Shown here: positions 1-11,769 of the stretch, one piece after another
Numbering within the stretch: the first letter of the stretch is position 1
Layout: every line of letters starts with the position of its first letter
Source of the DNA: Opitutales bacterium
GTDB lineage: Bacteria; Verrucomicrobiota; Verrucomicrobiia; Opitutales; UBA2987
Length of the DNA stretch: 64,000 nucleotides
Reading direction: 5' to 3'
Assembly (NCBI GenBank): GCA_965226885.1
Contig: CBDDEL010000017.1
Coordinates: 64,001 to 128,000 of the forward strand
Notes under the pieces: generated by a model
Databases searched by the model: none
Seen by the model: the letters and a program-made list of their open reading frames with translations, nothing else
Told to the model about the DNA's origin: nothing
Position numbers and translations under genes: made by a program

Positions 1-560
1 ATGCCCATAAGCGGCCCTTGGCCTCTTTGTGTACCTTCAGGATCGCCCCCTTGATTCCCTCGTCCTCGATCCGCCGGGCCGAGGGCGCTCGGTGCCTCCA
101 GCAGTAATAGCCACTGCGACAAATCCCCATCGCCGAGCATATTTCCTCGATCTTGAAGCGCCCCTCGTTGTCTTTGACAAACTGGTACTTCATTGTTCGT
201 CCTTGGCAAAGTAGCCCACCGTTTTTTTTAGTATCTGGTTGATCCGCTCCGAGCGGCGCAGCTCTTTGCGAAGACGATCTATCTCGGCCGCCATCTCCTT
301 CGGACTGCTCTGTCGCTTTGAGGTGGCTTCGCCCTGCTGATCGTCCAGATAGAGCCTCTTCCACCTATACAATTGGTTGGTGTTGACCCCAAGTTTGGTC
401 GATACCTCGGTGGCTTGGTCGATACCTCGGTGGCGCTCAGACCATCGAGTATCATCAGTTGAACTGCCTCATTTTTGAACTCTATACTAAAGCGTCTTCT
501 TCCCATGCTTCGATTCTCCATTTAGGAGAATCTCGTGTCCACTTTTTCCAGTGCACATCA
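1..560 (-). mobile_element. IS3-family element type A, left part (runs off the window start); degenerate copy
   Basis: IRL TGATGTGCACTGGAAAAAGTGGACAC ends at 560 on the minus strand. Near-identical to the full copy at 36741-38068. orfA is frameshifted by a 20-bp tandem duplication (395-414/415-434), and there is an extra A near position 9-10 in orfB. Confidence 0.93.
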
Positions 561-2622
561 GCCAGTAAGAATTTCTTTTTTCAACAATTTCGCTCGGACG
601 GCAAAATAGCCAACCGAGTTCGCGGTGAAAAATCCACGGATAATGCTGTATGTTCAAATCGCCGAAGCCAATGGCGGACACCCAGCCCCCATTAACATTA
701 AAATCAAAGGTAACAACCTCCGTTCCCTCAACATTGAATATCCTTAGCCCGGATATTTCGTAAAAAAAGTATCGTTGATATGCTTAACTGCTGATATACA
801 GCAGGATAGATCAATAATTAAAGCAATATCAGCGATGACAAAAGGTAAACAATTAAAGCTACAGTTGACAAGGGTAAAAGGCCGCCGTGTGCGGGTTGAT
901 TTCAAGGGCGGAGAGGTTACTTCGGATGCCGGACTGCTTTTGATCCGGGAAGTGGATCGGCAGTTGGGCTTGACCGAACGAGCGGCCCGACAGTTAGTGG
1001 ACAAACGGCAGAAGGGCAAAGTACGCCATGAGGTATTGGGGATGCTGCGGCAGCGCGTTTACGGGCTGGTGGCGGGCTATGAGGATTTGAACGACTTTGA
1101 TACCCTGCGCCACGATCCATTGTTAGCAAACGGTAACGGGGCGCATTGAAACGTTGGCCAGCGCGCCGACTTTGTGTCGTTTTGAAAACGGGCAGGATCG
1201 GCGGGCGGCCTTTGCGGTAAACGAGCTGTTGGTCGAACAGTTCATGGGCTCCTTTGCCGAGGAACCCGAAGAGATCATCCTGGACTTTGACGCCACCGAC
1301 AATCCGGTGCACGGGCTCCAGGAGGGACGTTTTTTCCACGGTTATTATGATCATTACTGTTTTCTGCCGCTATATGTTTTTTGCGGTGATCAGCTGCTGG
1401 TGGCCTACCTGCGGCCGAGCAAGATCGATGCCAGCAAGCATGCCGGGGCCATCCTCAAATTGCTGGTTAAACGGATTCGCCAAAGCTGGCCCCGTACGCG
1501 GATTATTTGGCGCGCCGACAGTGGATTTTGTCGAGACCGGATACTCTCTTGGTGCGACCGCAACGAAGTTAGTTACATCGTGGGGATGGCTCGCAATGCA
1601 CGCTTGCAGCAAGACGCCCAGCAGTTGCAAAAGCAGGCCAAAGAATGGTTCGAACTAAGGGGTAAAAAACAACGGTTATTCCAGGACTTCGTCTATGCTG
1701 CCGATTCGTGGCGATGGCTGCGGTTGGTCATCCATAAAGCCGAACACACCGCACAGGGGTCCAACCCGCGCTTCGTGGTGACGAACCTGCCGGGCGATCC
1801 CCAGGAGCTTTACGACAAGGTATACTGTGGCCGCGGTGAAATGGAGAACCGAATCAAGGAACAGATGCAATTGTTCAGCGAGCGCACCAGCGCCCATCAA
1901 TGGTGGGCCAATCAGTGGCGATTGCTCTTGTCGGCGCTGGCCTACACCTTGATGGAAGCCATGCGCCGGTTAGCCTTAAAAGGGACGAAGTGGGCGCGGG
2001 CCCAATGCCACACCCTGCGGCTCAAATTAATCAAGATCGGAGCGGTCATCGTGCGCAACACCCGAACGATTCACTTTCACCTAAGTGAGAGTTATCCTTG
2101 GGCCAGTCTTTTCAACCATGCGGCCCGCCGATTGGTGCCAACCTAAAGGGTGCATTGGTGCTGCCCCCGGCACTACCGAACCAATGGGGGAAAGGGGGCA
2201 GTGTCTCTACACCCTGAAAAACACCTAAAAATCAAGACGATCTGCTCAAAATACAAAGAAATCCATCTCCAATAGCAATAACGAGCCAAACTTTACCCTT
2301 CATGAAATATCCGGGTTAGGCCAATAAGATTCCTGTCGATTAAGCTCTCTGTTCTTTCGCTTAGAATCCAGGTTATGGCAATTGAAGGAGCCTCAACCTG
2401 AACAATGTTCGAAGGGATGCCGAACAATTCATCGGAGGGTGCTACTTCATTTTCTTCCCTGGTTACAACTATGATGCCTTTAGGCGATTGCTCCATCCAG
2501 ATAATACTGGTCGTGGAATCCGAATATTCGCTTGGTCCGAAGACAATAAACTCCTCGCCATGAGAAACGTAAGGAATGTATGCTAATAAAATAAAAGGTA
2601 GGATTTTGAGAGTTTTATTCAT
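561..2622 (-). pseudogene. Secreted protein with Trp-rich C-terminal domain, split by IS1380 (748-2315) and truncated by IS3 at 560
   Basis: Signal-peptide-like start MNKTLKILPFILLAYIPYVSHG. Removing the IS and one TTAG joins ...RNLIGL|RIFNVEGTEVVTFDFNVNGGWVSAIGFGDLNIQHYPWIFHRELGWLFC... in frame with no stop before the IS3 end. Confidence 0.85.
748..2315 (+). mobile_element. IS1380-family element copy 1; transposase (835-2146) frameshifted
   Basis: Terminal IRs CCCGGATATTTC / GAAATATCCGGG; TTAG direct repeats at 744-747 and 2316-2319; motifs TSDAG, LDFDATD, RADSGF, RGEMENRIKE; extra A at 1125 versus intact copies. Confidence 0.95.
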
Positions 2623-3004
2623 TTTTTTCTATTTTACATATTGGGGTTGATGTAACAACGATTCACCTGAAACGTTGAAAAATTAAAGAAAGATTCCTAA
2701 TCAGTAAATCTTTGGCCGGGGTAAATGCTTTGGTTGCCGGGACCATGCTAGGTATCCGTGTAATGTCGTATCATTGGGTGTTTGCAATAGAAGTCTCTAA
2801 ATTCGTTAGGCGTTAGCCTTGAACGAGTTCCTGTCGGGTTTGGCTCATGTTCGGTGCATTTGGGGATCGGTATTCGAGCTATAAAAGCACAACGTCGTTA
2901 CTTTGGAAAGAAAAAAGTGAAAAAAAACATAAATTTACCACGTTATACTTGCTACTTGAAGATAATCTTTTCATACTGAGGTATTTGTAGAATTAAATGG
3001 TTAG

Positions 3005-4572
3005 CCCGGATATTTCGTAAAAAAAGTATCGTTGATATGCTTAACTGCTGATATACAGCAGGATAGATCAATAATTAAAGCAATATCAGCGATGACAAAA
3101 GGTAAACAATTAAAGCTACAGTTGACAAGGGTAAAAGGCCGCCGTGTGCGGGTTGATTTCAAGGGCGGAGAGGTTACTTCGGATGCCGGACTGCTTTTGA
3201 TCCGGGAAGTGGATCGGCAGTTGGGCTTGACCGAACGAGCGGCCCGACAGTTAGTGGACAAACGGCAGAAGGGCAAAGTACGCCATGAGGTATTGGGGAT
3301 GCTGCGGCAGCGCGTTTACGGGCTGGTGGCGGGCTATGAGGATTTGAACGAACTTTGATACCCTGCGCCACGATCCATTGTTGCAAACGGTAACGGGGCG
3401 CATTGAAACGTTGGCCAGCGCGCCGACTTTGTGTCGTTTTGAAAACGGGCAGGATCGGCGGGCGGCCTTTGCGGTAAACGAGCTGTTGGTCGAACAGTTC
3501 ATGGGCTCCTTTGCCGAGGAACCCGAAGAGATCATCCTGGACTTTGACGCCACCGACAATCCGGTGCACGGGCTCCAGGAGGGACGTTTTTTCCACGGTT
3601 ATTATGATCATTACTGTTTTCTGCCGCTATATGTTTTTTGCGGTGATCAGCTGCTGGTGGCCTACCTGCGGCCGAGCAAGATCGATGCCAGCAAGCATGC
3701 CGGGGCCATCCTCAAATTGCTGGTTAAACGGATGCGCCAAAGCTGGCCCCGTACGCGGATTATTTGGCGCGCCGACAGTGGATCTTGTCGAGACCGGATA
3801 CTCTCTTGGTGCGACCGCAACGAAGTTAGTTACATCGTGGGGATGGCTCGCAATGCACGCTTGCAGCAAGACGCCCAGCAGTTGCAAAAGCAGGCCAAAG
3901 AATGGTTCGAACTAAGGGGTAAAAAACAACGGTTATTCCAGGACTTCGTCTATGCTGCCGATTCGTGGCGATGGCTGCGGTTGGTCATCCATAAAGCCGA
4001 ACACACCGCACAGGGGTCCAACCCGCGCTTCGTGGTGACGAACCTGCCGGGCGATCCCCAGGAGCTTTACGACAAGGTATACTGTGGCCGCGGTGAAATG
4101 GAGAACCGAATCAAGGAACAGATGCAATTGTTCAGCGAGCGCACCAGCGCCCATCAATGGTGGGCCAATCAGTGCCGATTGCTCTTGTCGGCGCTGGCCT
4201 ACACCTTGATGGAAGCCATGCGCCGGTTAGCCTTAAAAGGGACGAAGTGGGCGCGGGCCCAATGCCACACCCTGCGGCTCAAATTAATCAAGATCGGAGC
4301 GGTCATCGTGCGCAACACCCGAACGATTCACTTTCACCTAAGTGAGAGTTATCCTTGGGCCAGTCTTTTCAACCATGCGGCCCGCCGATTGGTGCCAACC
4401 TAAAGGGTGCATTGGTGCTGCCCCCGGCACTACCGAACCAATGGGGGAAAGGGGGCAGTGTCTCTACACCCTGAAAAACACCTAAAAATCAAGACGATCT
4501 GCTCAAAATACAAAGAAATCCATCTCCAATAGCAATAACGAGCCAAACTTTACCCTTCATGAAATATCCGGG
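3005..4572 (+). mobile_element. IS1380-family element copy 2; transposase (3092-4403) frameshifted
   Basis: Same IRs; TTAG at 3001-3004 and 4573-4576; extra A at 3351/3352. Confidence 0.95.
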
Positions 4573-4576
4573 TTAG

Positions 4577-6143
4577 CCCGGATATTTCGTAAAAAAAGTA
4601 TCGTTGATATGCTTAACTGCTGATATACAGCAGGATAGATCAATAATTAAAGCAATATCAGCGATGACAAAAGGTAAACAATTAAAGCTACAGTTGACAA
4701 GGGTAAAAGGCCGCCGTGTGCGGGTTGATTTCAAGGGCGGAGAGGTTACTTCGGATGCCGGACTGCTTTTGATCCGGGAAGTGGATCGGCAGTTGGGCTT
4801 GACCGAACGAGCGGCCCGACAGTTAGTGGACAAACGGCAGAAGGGCAAAGTACGCCATGAGGTATTGGGGATGCTGCGGCAGCGCGTTTACGGGCTGGTG
4901 GCGGGCTATGAGGATTTGAACGTCTTTGATACCCTGCGCCACGATCCATTGTTGCAAACGGTAACGGGGCGCATTGAAACGTTGGCCAGCGCGCCGACTG
5001 TGTGTCGTTTTGAAAACGGGCAGGATCGGCGGGCGGCCTTTGCGGTAAACGAGCTGTTGGTCGAACAGTTCATGGGCTCCTTTGCCGAGGAACCCGAAGA
5101 GATCATCCTGGACTTTGACGCCACCGACAATCCGGTGCACGGGCTCCAGGAGGGACGTTTTTTCCACGGTTATTATGATCATTACTGTTTTCTGCCGCTA
5201 TATGTTTTTTGCGGTGATCAGCTGCTGGTGGCCTACCTGCGGCCGAGCAAGATCGATGCCAGCAAGCATGCCGGGGCCATCCTCAAATTGCTGGTTAAAC
5301 GGATGCGCCAAAGCTGGCCCCGTACGCGGATTATTTGGCGCGCCGACAGTGGATTTTGTCGAGACCGGATACTCTCTTGGTGCGACCGCAACGAAGTTAG
5401 TTACATCGTGGGGATGGCTCGCAATGCACGCTTGCAGCAAGACGCCCAGCAGTTGCAAAAGCAGGCCAAAGAATGGTTCGAACTAAGGGGTAAAAAACAA
5501 CGGTTATTCCAGGACTTCGTCTATGCTGTCGATTCGTGGCGATGGCTGCGGTTGGTCATCCATAAAGCCGAACACACCGCACAGGGGTCCAACCCGCGCT
5601 TCGTGGTGACGAACCTGCCGGGCGATCCCCAGGAGCTTTACGACAAGGTATACTGTGGCCGCGGTGAAATGGAGAACCGAATCAAGGAACAGATGCAATT
5701 GTTCAGCGAGCGCACCAGCGCCCATCAATGGTGGGCCAATCAGTGGCGATTGCTCTTGTCGGCGCTGGCCTACACCTTGATGGAAGCCATGCGCCGGTTA
5801 GCCTTAAAAGGGACGAAGTGGGCGCGGGCCCAATGGCACACCCTGCGGCTCAAATTAATCAAGATCGGAGCGGTCATCGTGCGCAACACCCGAACGATTC
5901 ACTTTCACCTAAGTGAGAGTTATCCTTGGGCCAGTCTTTTCAACCATGCGGCCCGCCGATTGGTGCCAACCTAAAGGGTGCATTGGTGCTGCCCCCGGCA
6001 CTACCGAACCAATGGGGGAAAGGGGGCAGTGTCTCTACACCCTGAAAAACACCTAAAAATCAAGACGATCTGCTCAAAATACAAAGAAATCCATCTCCAA
6101 TAGCAATAACGAGCCAAACTTTACCCTTCATGAAATATCCGGG
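4577..6143 (+). mobile_element. IS1380-family element copy 3, tandem to copy 2
   Basis: Same IRs; TTAG at 4573-4576 (shared with copy 2) and 6144-6147; 1567 bp. Confidence 0.95.
4664..5974 (+). CDS. IS1380-family DDE transposase (open frame)
   Basis: Uninterrupted ORF; ATG start MTKGKQLKL preferred over the upstream TTG at 4604; IS1380 motifs as in copy 1. Confidence 0.92.
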   Translation: MTKGKQLKLQLTRVKGRRVRVDFKGGEVTSDAGLLLIREVDRQLGLTERAARQLVDKRQKGKVRHEVLGMLRQRVYGLVAGYEDLNVFDTLRHDPLLQTVTGRIETLASAPTVCRFENGQDRRAAFAVNELLVEQFMGSFAEEPEEIILDFDATDNPVHGLQEGRFFHGYYDHYCFLPLYVFCGDQLLVAYLRPSKIDASKHAGAILKLLVKRMRQSWPRTRIIWRADSGFCRDRILSWCDRNEVSYIVGMARNARLQQDAQQLQKQAKEWFELRGKKQRLFQDFVYAVDSWRWLRLVIHKAEHTAQGSNPRFVVTNLPGDPQELYDKVYCGRGEMENRIKEQMQLFSERTSAHQWWANQWRLLLSALAYTLMEAMRRLALKGTKWARAQWHTLRLKLIKIGAVIVRNTRTIHFHLSESYPWASLFNHAARRLVPT

Positions 6144-6301
6144 TTAGTATATTTTTGGTGCGATTTTTTGCTGTCAGCATTGGGTCGCGGCAAAGTGTGA
6201 AGCCCGCAGTATTTTGAATACGTTGGGGCAGCGGGGGTGTTTTGGCGGGCTCGGCGAAGAGGGTGTGCCGGTCTTGGGGGCACAGCTTGTCCGCCCATGA
6301 T

Positions 6302-6580
6302 TAGAACCTATCTCAAATTCGCAGATGAATGATGTTTGTAGCGCCACGGTGGCAGATGCCAGGCGGCTTTGCGCCCAGATGGGCTGGTAAGCCCCTTGAG
6401 CGCAAACCAACGCCGCAGGTGCTACCGTGCCGCACAAATCCTTTGGACAGAGGCAATTATGCGTTTGAGCGGCGTTCCGCCGGGGCCACAGGGCTACCAG
6501 CCCGGCGAGCTCCGTCGCGCCTTGCTCCAAGCGTATAATTGCTCTCTGCATCACCATTTGCGAATTTGAGATAGGTTCTA
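6302..6580. mobile_element. MITE-like non-coding element with 26-bp terminal inverted repeats (including flanking TA)
   Basis: TAGAACCTATCTCAAATTCGCAGATG (6302-6327) is the reverse complement of CATTTGCGAATTTGAGATAGGTTCTA (6555-6580) with 1 mismatch; GC-rich internal hairpins; no credible ORF. Confidence 0.8.
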
Positions 6581-6713
6581 GTAGAATTTTTTGGAATTTG
6601 GCGGTTTTTATCTGTTGGATGGGTGTTTTTTGGATGAAATTGGGTTTTTTTGGTGAAAAATTCCCCGAAAATCGGTGTTTAATCAAACGCATCAAACGGA
6701 GCCAACCTATCCA

Positions 6714-6742
6714 TTGACGTTTTTTGCATTTTGCTGTATAAT
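6714..6742 (+). promoter_or_regulatory. sigma70-type promoter upstream of the GH13 gene
   Basis: TTGACG-17 nt-TATAAT, about 110 bp before the ATG at 6855. Confidence 0.7.
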
Positions 6743-6854
6743 GTCGGCTTATGTTGCAAGTGACTAATAGTTAAAGTGAAACCCGATATTGGGCCGCGCA
6801 GGGCAATGATCCAACAACGGTTAAAGATCGAATAACCGGATATTGTGAAGGTAG

Positions 6855-9296
6855 ATGATCATGACTAAGCCGATCAAGAAAATTGCGAGCGCCCGATGGA
6901 TTTCCGAGCATGGCGGCCTTGTCGAATTGTGCCGGGATTGGAAGTTCGCCGATCTTCCGCCGCTGTTTTCCACTTTGGACAAGAGGCCTTTGAGTGAATT
7001 GCAACGGGCTTCACCGCTACTTTTTGCCGAGAAAAGTGGGTATTTTGTCGAGGGGGAATTGGTTACGTTCGTGATTTTCCCCGATCATTATCCAAATATC
7101 GAACTGGAAAATCGGGTCTTGTATGTGGTCGGAGATTTCAATGATTGGGGAAATGCCGAGTGTGAGAATAGATGGATATTGCAACCCATTGAGGCGGATG
7201 GGCAAAGGCGCCTGGAGTTAAAAGCGCCTCAAAAGAGTTGTTATGATCGAAAATGGTCGCAGTTTAAATTCGTTACCGATGACGGCCAATGGCTGGAGGC
7301 GCCTGCCGACGCCCCCAACGCTGGTTACGACCGCCGGGGTCACCGAAATTTTCGCATCCATCCGCACCAGACGGGACGGCATATTTTTACCTTTACCAGG
7401 TCGCAACTGGAAGGATTCGACGGGGGAGGGGGTGTGCTGTGGAAAGAGGGCGATTATGAGGAAGTGGCAGGGTTGGTCCAGGGCGACTATTTCCTGAAAG
7501 CCGGAACCGATTTGGCGCTGGGAGCCATCGTTGAAAAGAACCGGACCGTTTTCCGCTTATTTGCACCGAGGGCTACGGGCGCGACTGTATCCATTTTCAA
7601 GGATTTGCAGAATACAAACAGCAAGGAGGTCCTGGAGATGGAACGGGTGGACGCCACTACATGGGAGGCTGTTTTTACCCTCAACCTGCACGGCTATTAT
7701 TATCATTTCAATCTGGAGGACAGCCATAACCAGAAGCATACCGGGATCGTTCCCGGTCACGATATTCTCGACCCTTACGCAATTGTGGCGGTAGGTCCGG
7801 GCGGACCCGGAATCGTTTGGGACCGGTTCCTGATCGATAAACCGGCGAAAAATTTTGTTCCGCCAGCGCGGGTGGACCTGGTCATCATGGAGGCGCATGT
7901 GCGGGACCTTACGGCACGGGCGCCGATCGATCTGGACGAGCGCGAGCGATTGGGATTCAGCGGACTTCGGAAATGGATCGAAAGCGAGGAATTTTATGCG
8001 ACATCTCTCGGAGTCAATGCCCTGGAATTGCAGCCGGTGCAGCAATACGATGTGGGGGAGGCGGCGTTTTACCAATGGGGCTATATGCCGGTAAATTATT
8101 TCTCGCCCCATGCGGGGTATGCAAGTTTTCCGAATCGAGGTTCACAGATTCGAGATTTTCAAGACCTGGTGACGGCCTGCCACAGCCGGGGTTTGGCCGT
8201 TATCCTGGATGTCGTTTACAACCACACGGGCGAGCCCAATCATCTGGGCCGTATCGACAAACGATACTTTTTTGAACTGGATAATAAGGGCGAATTTTTC
8301 AACTGGAGCGGGACCGGCAACACCCTTCGAGGCAACAGCCCGATGGCTCGCAGGCTCATCATCGAAAGTCTCATTCATTTGATGGAAATATACGATGTGG
8401 ACGGATTTAGATTCGATTTGGCCGAGTTGATCGGTGTGGAAACCCTTCGTGAGATTGAAAAAGCCCTGAAAAAAGTTCGTCCCTCGGTGATATTAATTGC
8501 CGAGCCGTGGAGTTTTCGGGGGCATATCGCCAAAAACCTCAAAGCCACCGGATATTCTTCCTGGAATGACGGATTCCGTAATTTCATGCGCCAATACCTG
8601 ATGGGTCACGGCGACCTGGAGGGGATTCAATTTTACCTTGCCGGTTCGCCCGGTCACCTGACTTCGTTTCCCGCCCAAACGATCAATTATGTGGAATCCC
8701 ACGATGACCGCTGCTGGCTCGATAATATTACCGAATACCCCGGCCACAACGGGTCGGACCCGACCTTTTTGGATCGCAGGAGAACACATTTGATGGTGGC
8801 GATTCTCATGAGTTCGCTTGGCATCCCCATGATATCAGCCGGCCAGGATATGCTTCGCTCGAAGGGAGGCGTGCACAATACCTACTTACGGGGCGATTTG
8901 AACGCTCTGGACTATGATCGGATGCTGCGTTTTTCTGGCACTCATGAGTATTTCCGCAACTGGATTCGTTTTCGGCTTTCGGCAAAGGGCAGGGCGTTTC
9001 GCCTATCTTCGCATCCTGGCAAAGAGTATTTGCGTTTTTTTGACACCGCCGGATCCAGTGCCCTGGCGGTATTGTATAATGCCGATGGCAGCGTGGTACT
9101 GGAGCGCATTCTTTTCGCTGTCAACCCCCACAATGAGGAGGTTGCCCTAAAATTAAACGACATTGCGCTTAAAGAGTGGACACAGGTTGCGGATCATGAA
9201 CGGTTTGCGGAAACCGGTCTGGATGCCGCTCTTTTACGTTGCGAAGGAAAAATCCTTCACCTGCCCGCCATGAGCTGCGGTCTCTGGGTGGAGTGA
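6855..9296 (+). CDS. GH13 pullulanase/glycogen-debranching-type enzyme with N-terminal CBM48-like modules
   Basis: GH13 conserved regions DVVYNH, DGFRFDL, AEPW, YVESHDD; WGYMPVNYFSP; FRLFAPRA; YVVGDFNDW. Confidence 0.88.
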   Translation: MIMTKPIKKIASARWISEHGGLVELCRDWKFADLPPLFSTLDKRPLSELQRASPLLFAEKSGYFVEGELVTFVIFPDHYPNIELENRVLYVVGDFNDWGNAECENRWILQPIEADGQRRLELKAPQKSCYDRKWSQFKFVTDDGQWLEAPADAPNAGYDRRGHRNFRIHPHQTGRHIFTFTRSQLEGFDGGGGVLWKEGDYEEVAGLVQGDYFLKAGTDLALGAIVEKNRTVFRLFAPRATGATVSIFKDLQNTNSKEVLEMERVDATTWEAVFTLNLHGYYYHFNLEDSHNQKHTGIVPGHDILDPYAIVAVGPGGPGIVWDRFLIDKPAKNFVPPARVDLVIMEAHVRDLTARAPIDLDERERLGFSGLRKWIESEEFYATSLGVNALELQPVQQYDVGEAAFYQWGYMPVNYFSPHAGYASFPNRGSQIRDFQDLVTACHSRGLAVILDVVYNHTGEPNHLGRIDKRYFFELDNKGEFFNWSGTGNTLRGNSPMARRLIIESLIHLMEIYDVDGFRFDLAELIGVETLREIEKALKKVRPSVILIAEPWSFRGHIAKNLKATGYSSWNDGFRNFMRQYLMGHGDLEGIQFYLAGSPGHLTSFPAQTINYVESHDDRCWLDNITEYPGHNGSDPTFLDRRRTHLMVAILMSSLGIPMISAGQDMLRSKGGVHNTYLRGDLNALDYDRMLRFSGTHEYFRNWIRFRLSAKGRAFRLSSHPGKEYLRFFDTAGSSALAVLYNADGSVVLERILFAVNPHNEEVALKLNDIALKEWTQVADHERFAETGLDAALLRCEGKILHLPAMSCGLWVE

Positions 9297-9308
9297 AAAT
9301 CAATTTAA

Positions 9309-10490
<1,182 letters not shown>

Positions 10491-10563
10491 ACATCTTTCA
10501 AATCCCGTTTTATCCATCCAGTGTTGCATTGATCGGCGATTGACGATCAAGCTGGTTTTATAA

Positions 10564-11769
10564 ATGAAAACCCTTCGTGATATTTCCCCCAAGGGCAAAC
10601 GCGTATTTGTCAGAGTGGATTTTAACGTGCCCTTCGATTCGGGGGGCGAAATATCCGACAGCACGAGGATTGAGGCAGCTCTTCCCACCATCAAGCATTT
10701 GCAGGGCGAGGGCGCAAAAGTCATCCTGGCCAGTCATCTGGGCCGCCCCAAAGGGGAGCGGAATCCTCAATTCAGTCTCCAGCCGGTAGCGGCGGAACTT
10801 GCCAGAAAACTGGGGCAGCCGGTTATATTCTTGGAAGATTGCGTGGGCCCGGAAGTGGAATCGGCAGTGGGCGGAATCTACGACGGTTCGGTTGTCCTGC
10901 TGGAAAATCTCCGCTTTCATCCAGGTGAGGAAAAAAATGACGCTGAATTTAGCAGAGGATTGGCCCGGCTGACCGAAATTTATGTTAACGATGCCTTTGG
11001 TGTGGCCCACCGGGCCCACGCCTCGACTGCGGGTTTGCCGGCCTTGATAGAGGAAAAAGCGGGCGGATTCCTTCTCCAAAGGGAACTGGCTTATCTGGGC
11101 GAAAAGACTGAAAATCCGGAGCGTCCCTTCGTGGTCATACTGGGCGGAGCCAAAGTGAGCGATAAAATCGGGGTCATCGACGCTCTGCTGGAAAAAGCGG
11201 ATTCCATTTTAATCGGCGGAGCGATGGCTTATACATTCAGCCTGGCACAAGGCTTCGAGGTCGGTTCCAGTCTCTGCGAACCAGACAAAATTGAATTAGC
11301 CAAAAACATCCTCGAAGCGGCCCGGAAAAAGGGCGTCAAATTCCTGCTCCCGGTCGATCATTTGATTGCTGAAAAACTGGATTTCAAAACATTCGCTACG
11401 GGAGAGTTGCGCGTAGTCGAAGGTAGTTTTCCGGAGGGCTGGTCGGGAGTCGATATCGGTTCGAAAACGATTGAGTTTTATTTGCATGAAATTGCTCATG
11501 CGCGAACCATCCTCTGGAATGGACCGATGGGAATTTTCGAGATTGAGTCCTGTCGCAAAGGGACTTTTGCGGTGGCCGAAGCGATTGCCGGAAATACCCA
11601 GGCAACTTCCATTCTGGGGGGAGGGGACTCCGTCAAGGCGATCAAAATGGGTGGTTTTGACGATGGCATCAGTTTCATCAGCACCGGGGGCGGGGCCAGC
11701 CTGGAATTTCTCGAAGGCAAACCGCTCCCCGGGGTATCGGCTCTGGAAGCAATCGAACAGTCCGCATGA
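10564..11769 (+). CDS. pgk: Phosphoglycerate kinase
   Basis: [42 protein letters not shown]. Confidence 0.98.
   Translation: MKTLRDISPKGKRVFVRVDFNVPFDSGGEISDSTRIEAALPTIKHLQGEGAKVILASHLGRPKGERNPQFSLQPVAAELARKLGQPVIFLEDCVGPEVESAVGGIYDGSVVLLENLRFHPGEEKNDAEFSRGLARLTEIYVNDAFGVAHRAHASTAGLPALIEEKAGGFLLQRELAYLGEKTENPERPFVVILGGAKVSDKIGVIDALLEKADSILIGGAMAYTFSLAQGFEVGSSLCEPDKIELAKNILEAARKKGVKFLLPVDHLIAEKLDFKTFATGELRVVEGSFPEGWSGVDIGSKTIEFYLHEIAHARTILWNGPMGIFEIESCRKGTFAVAEAIAGNTQATSILGGGDSVKAIKMGGFDDGISFISTGGGASLEFLEGKPLPGVSALEAIEQSA

Noticed and set aside
1125..3352. Programmed frameshifting in IS1380 copies 1 and 2
   Set aside because: The extra A is at different positions (1125 versus 3351/3352) and copies 3 and 4 are open; these are mutations or consensus errors.
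6174..6695. 173-aa minus-strand ORF and small plus-strand ORFs across the MITE
   Set aside because: They cross the element boundaries and have no recognisable motifs.
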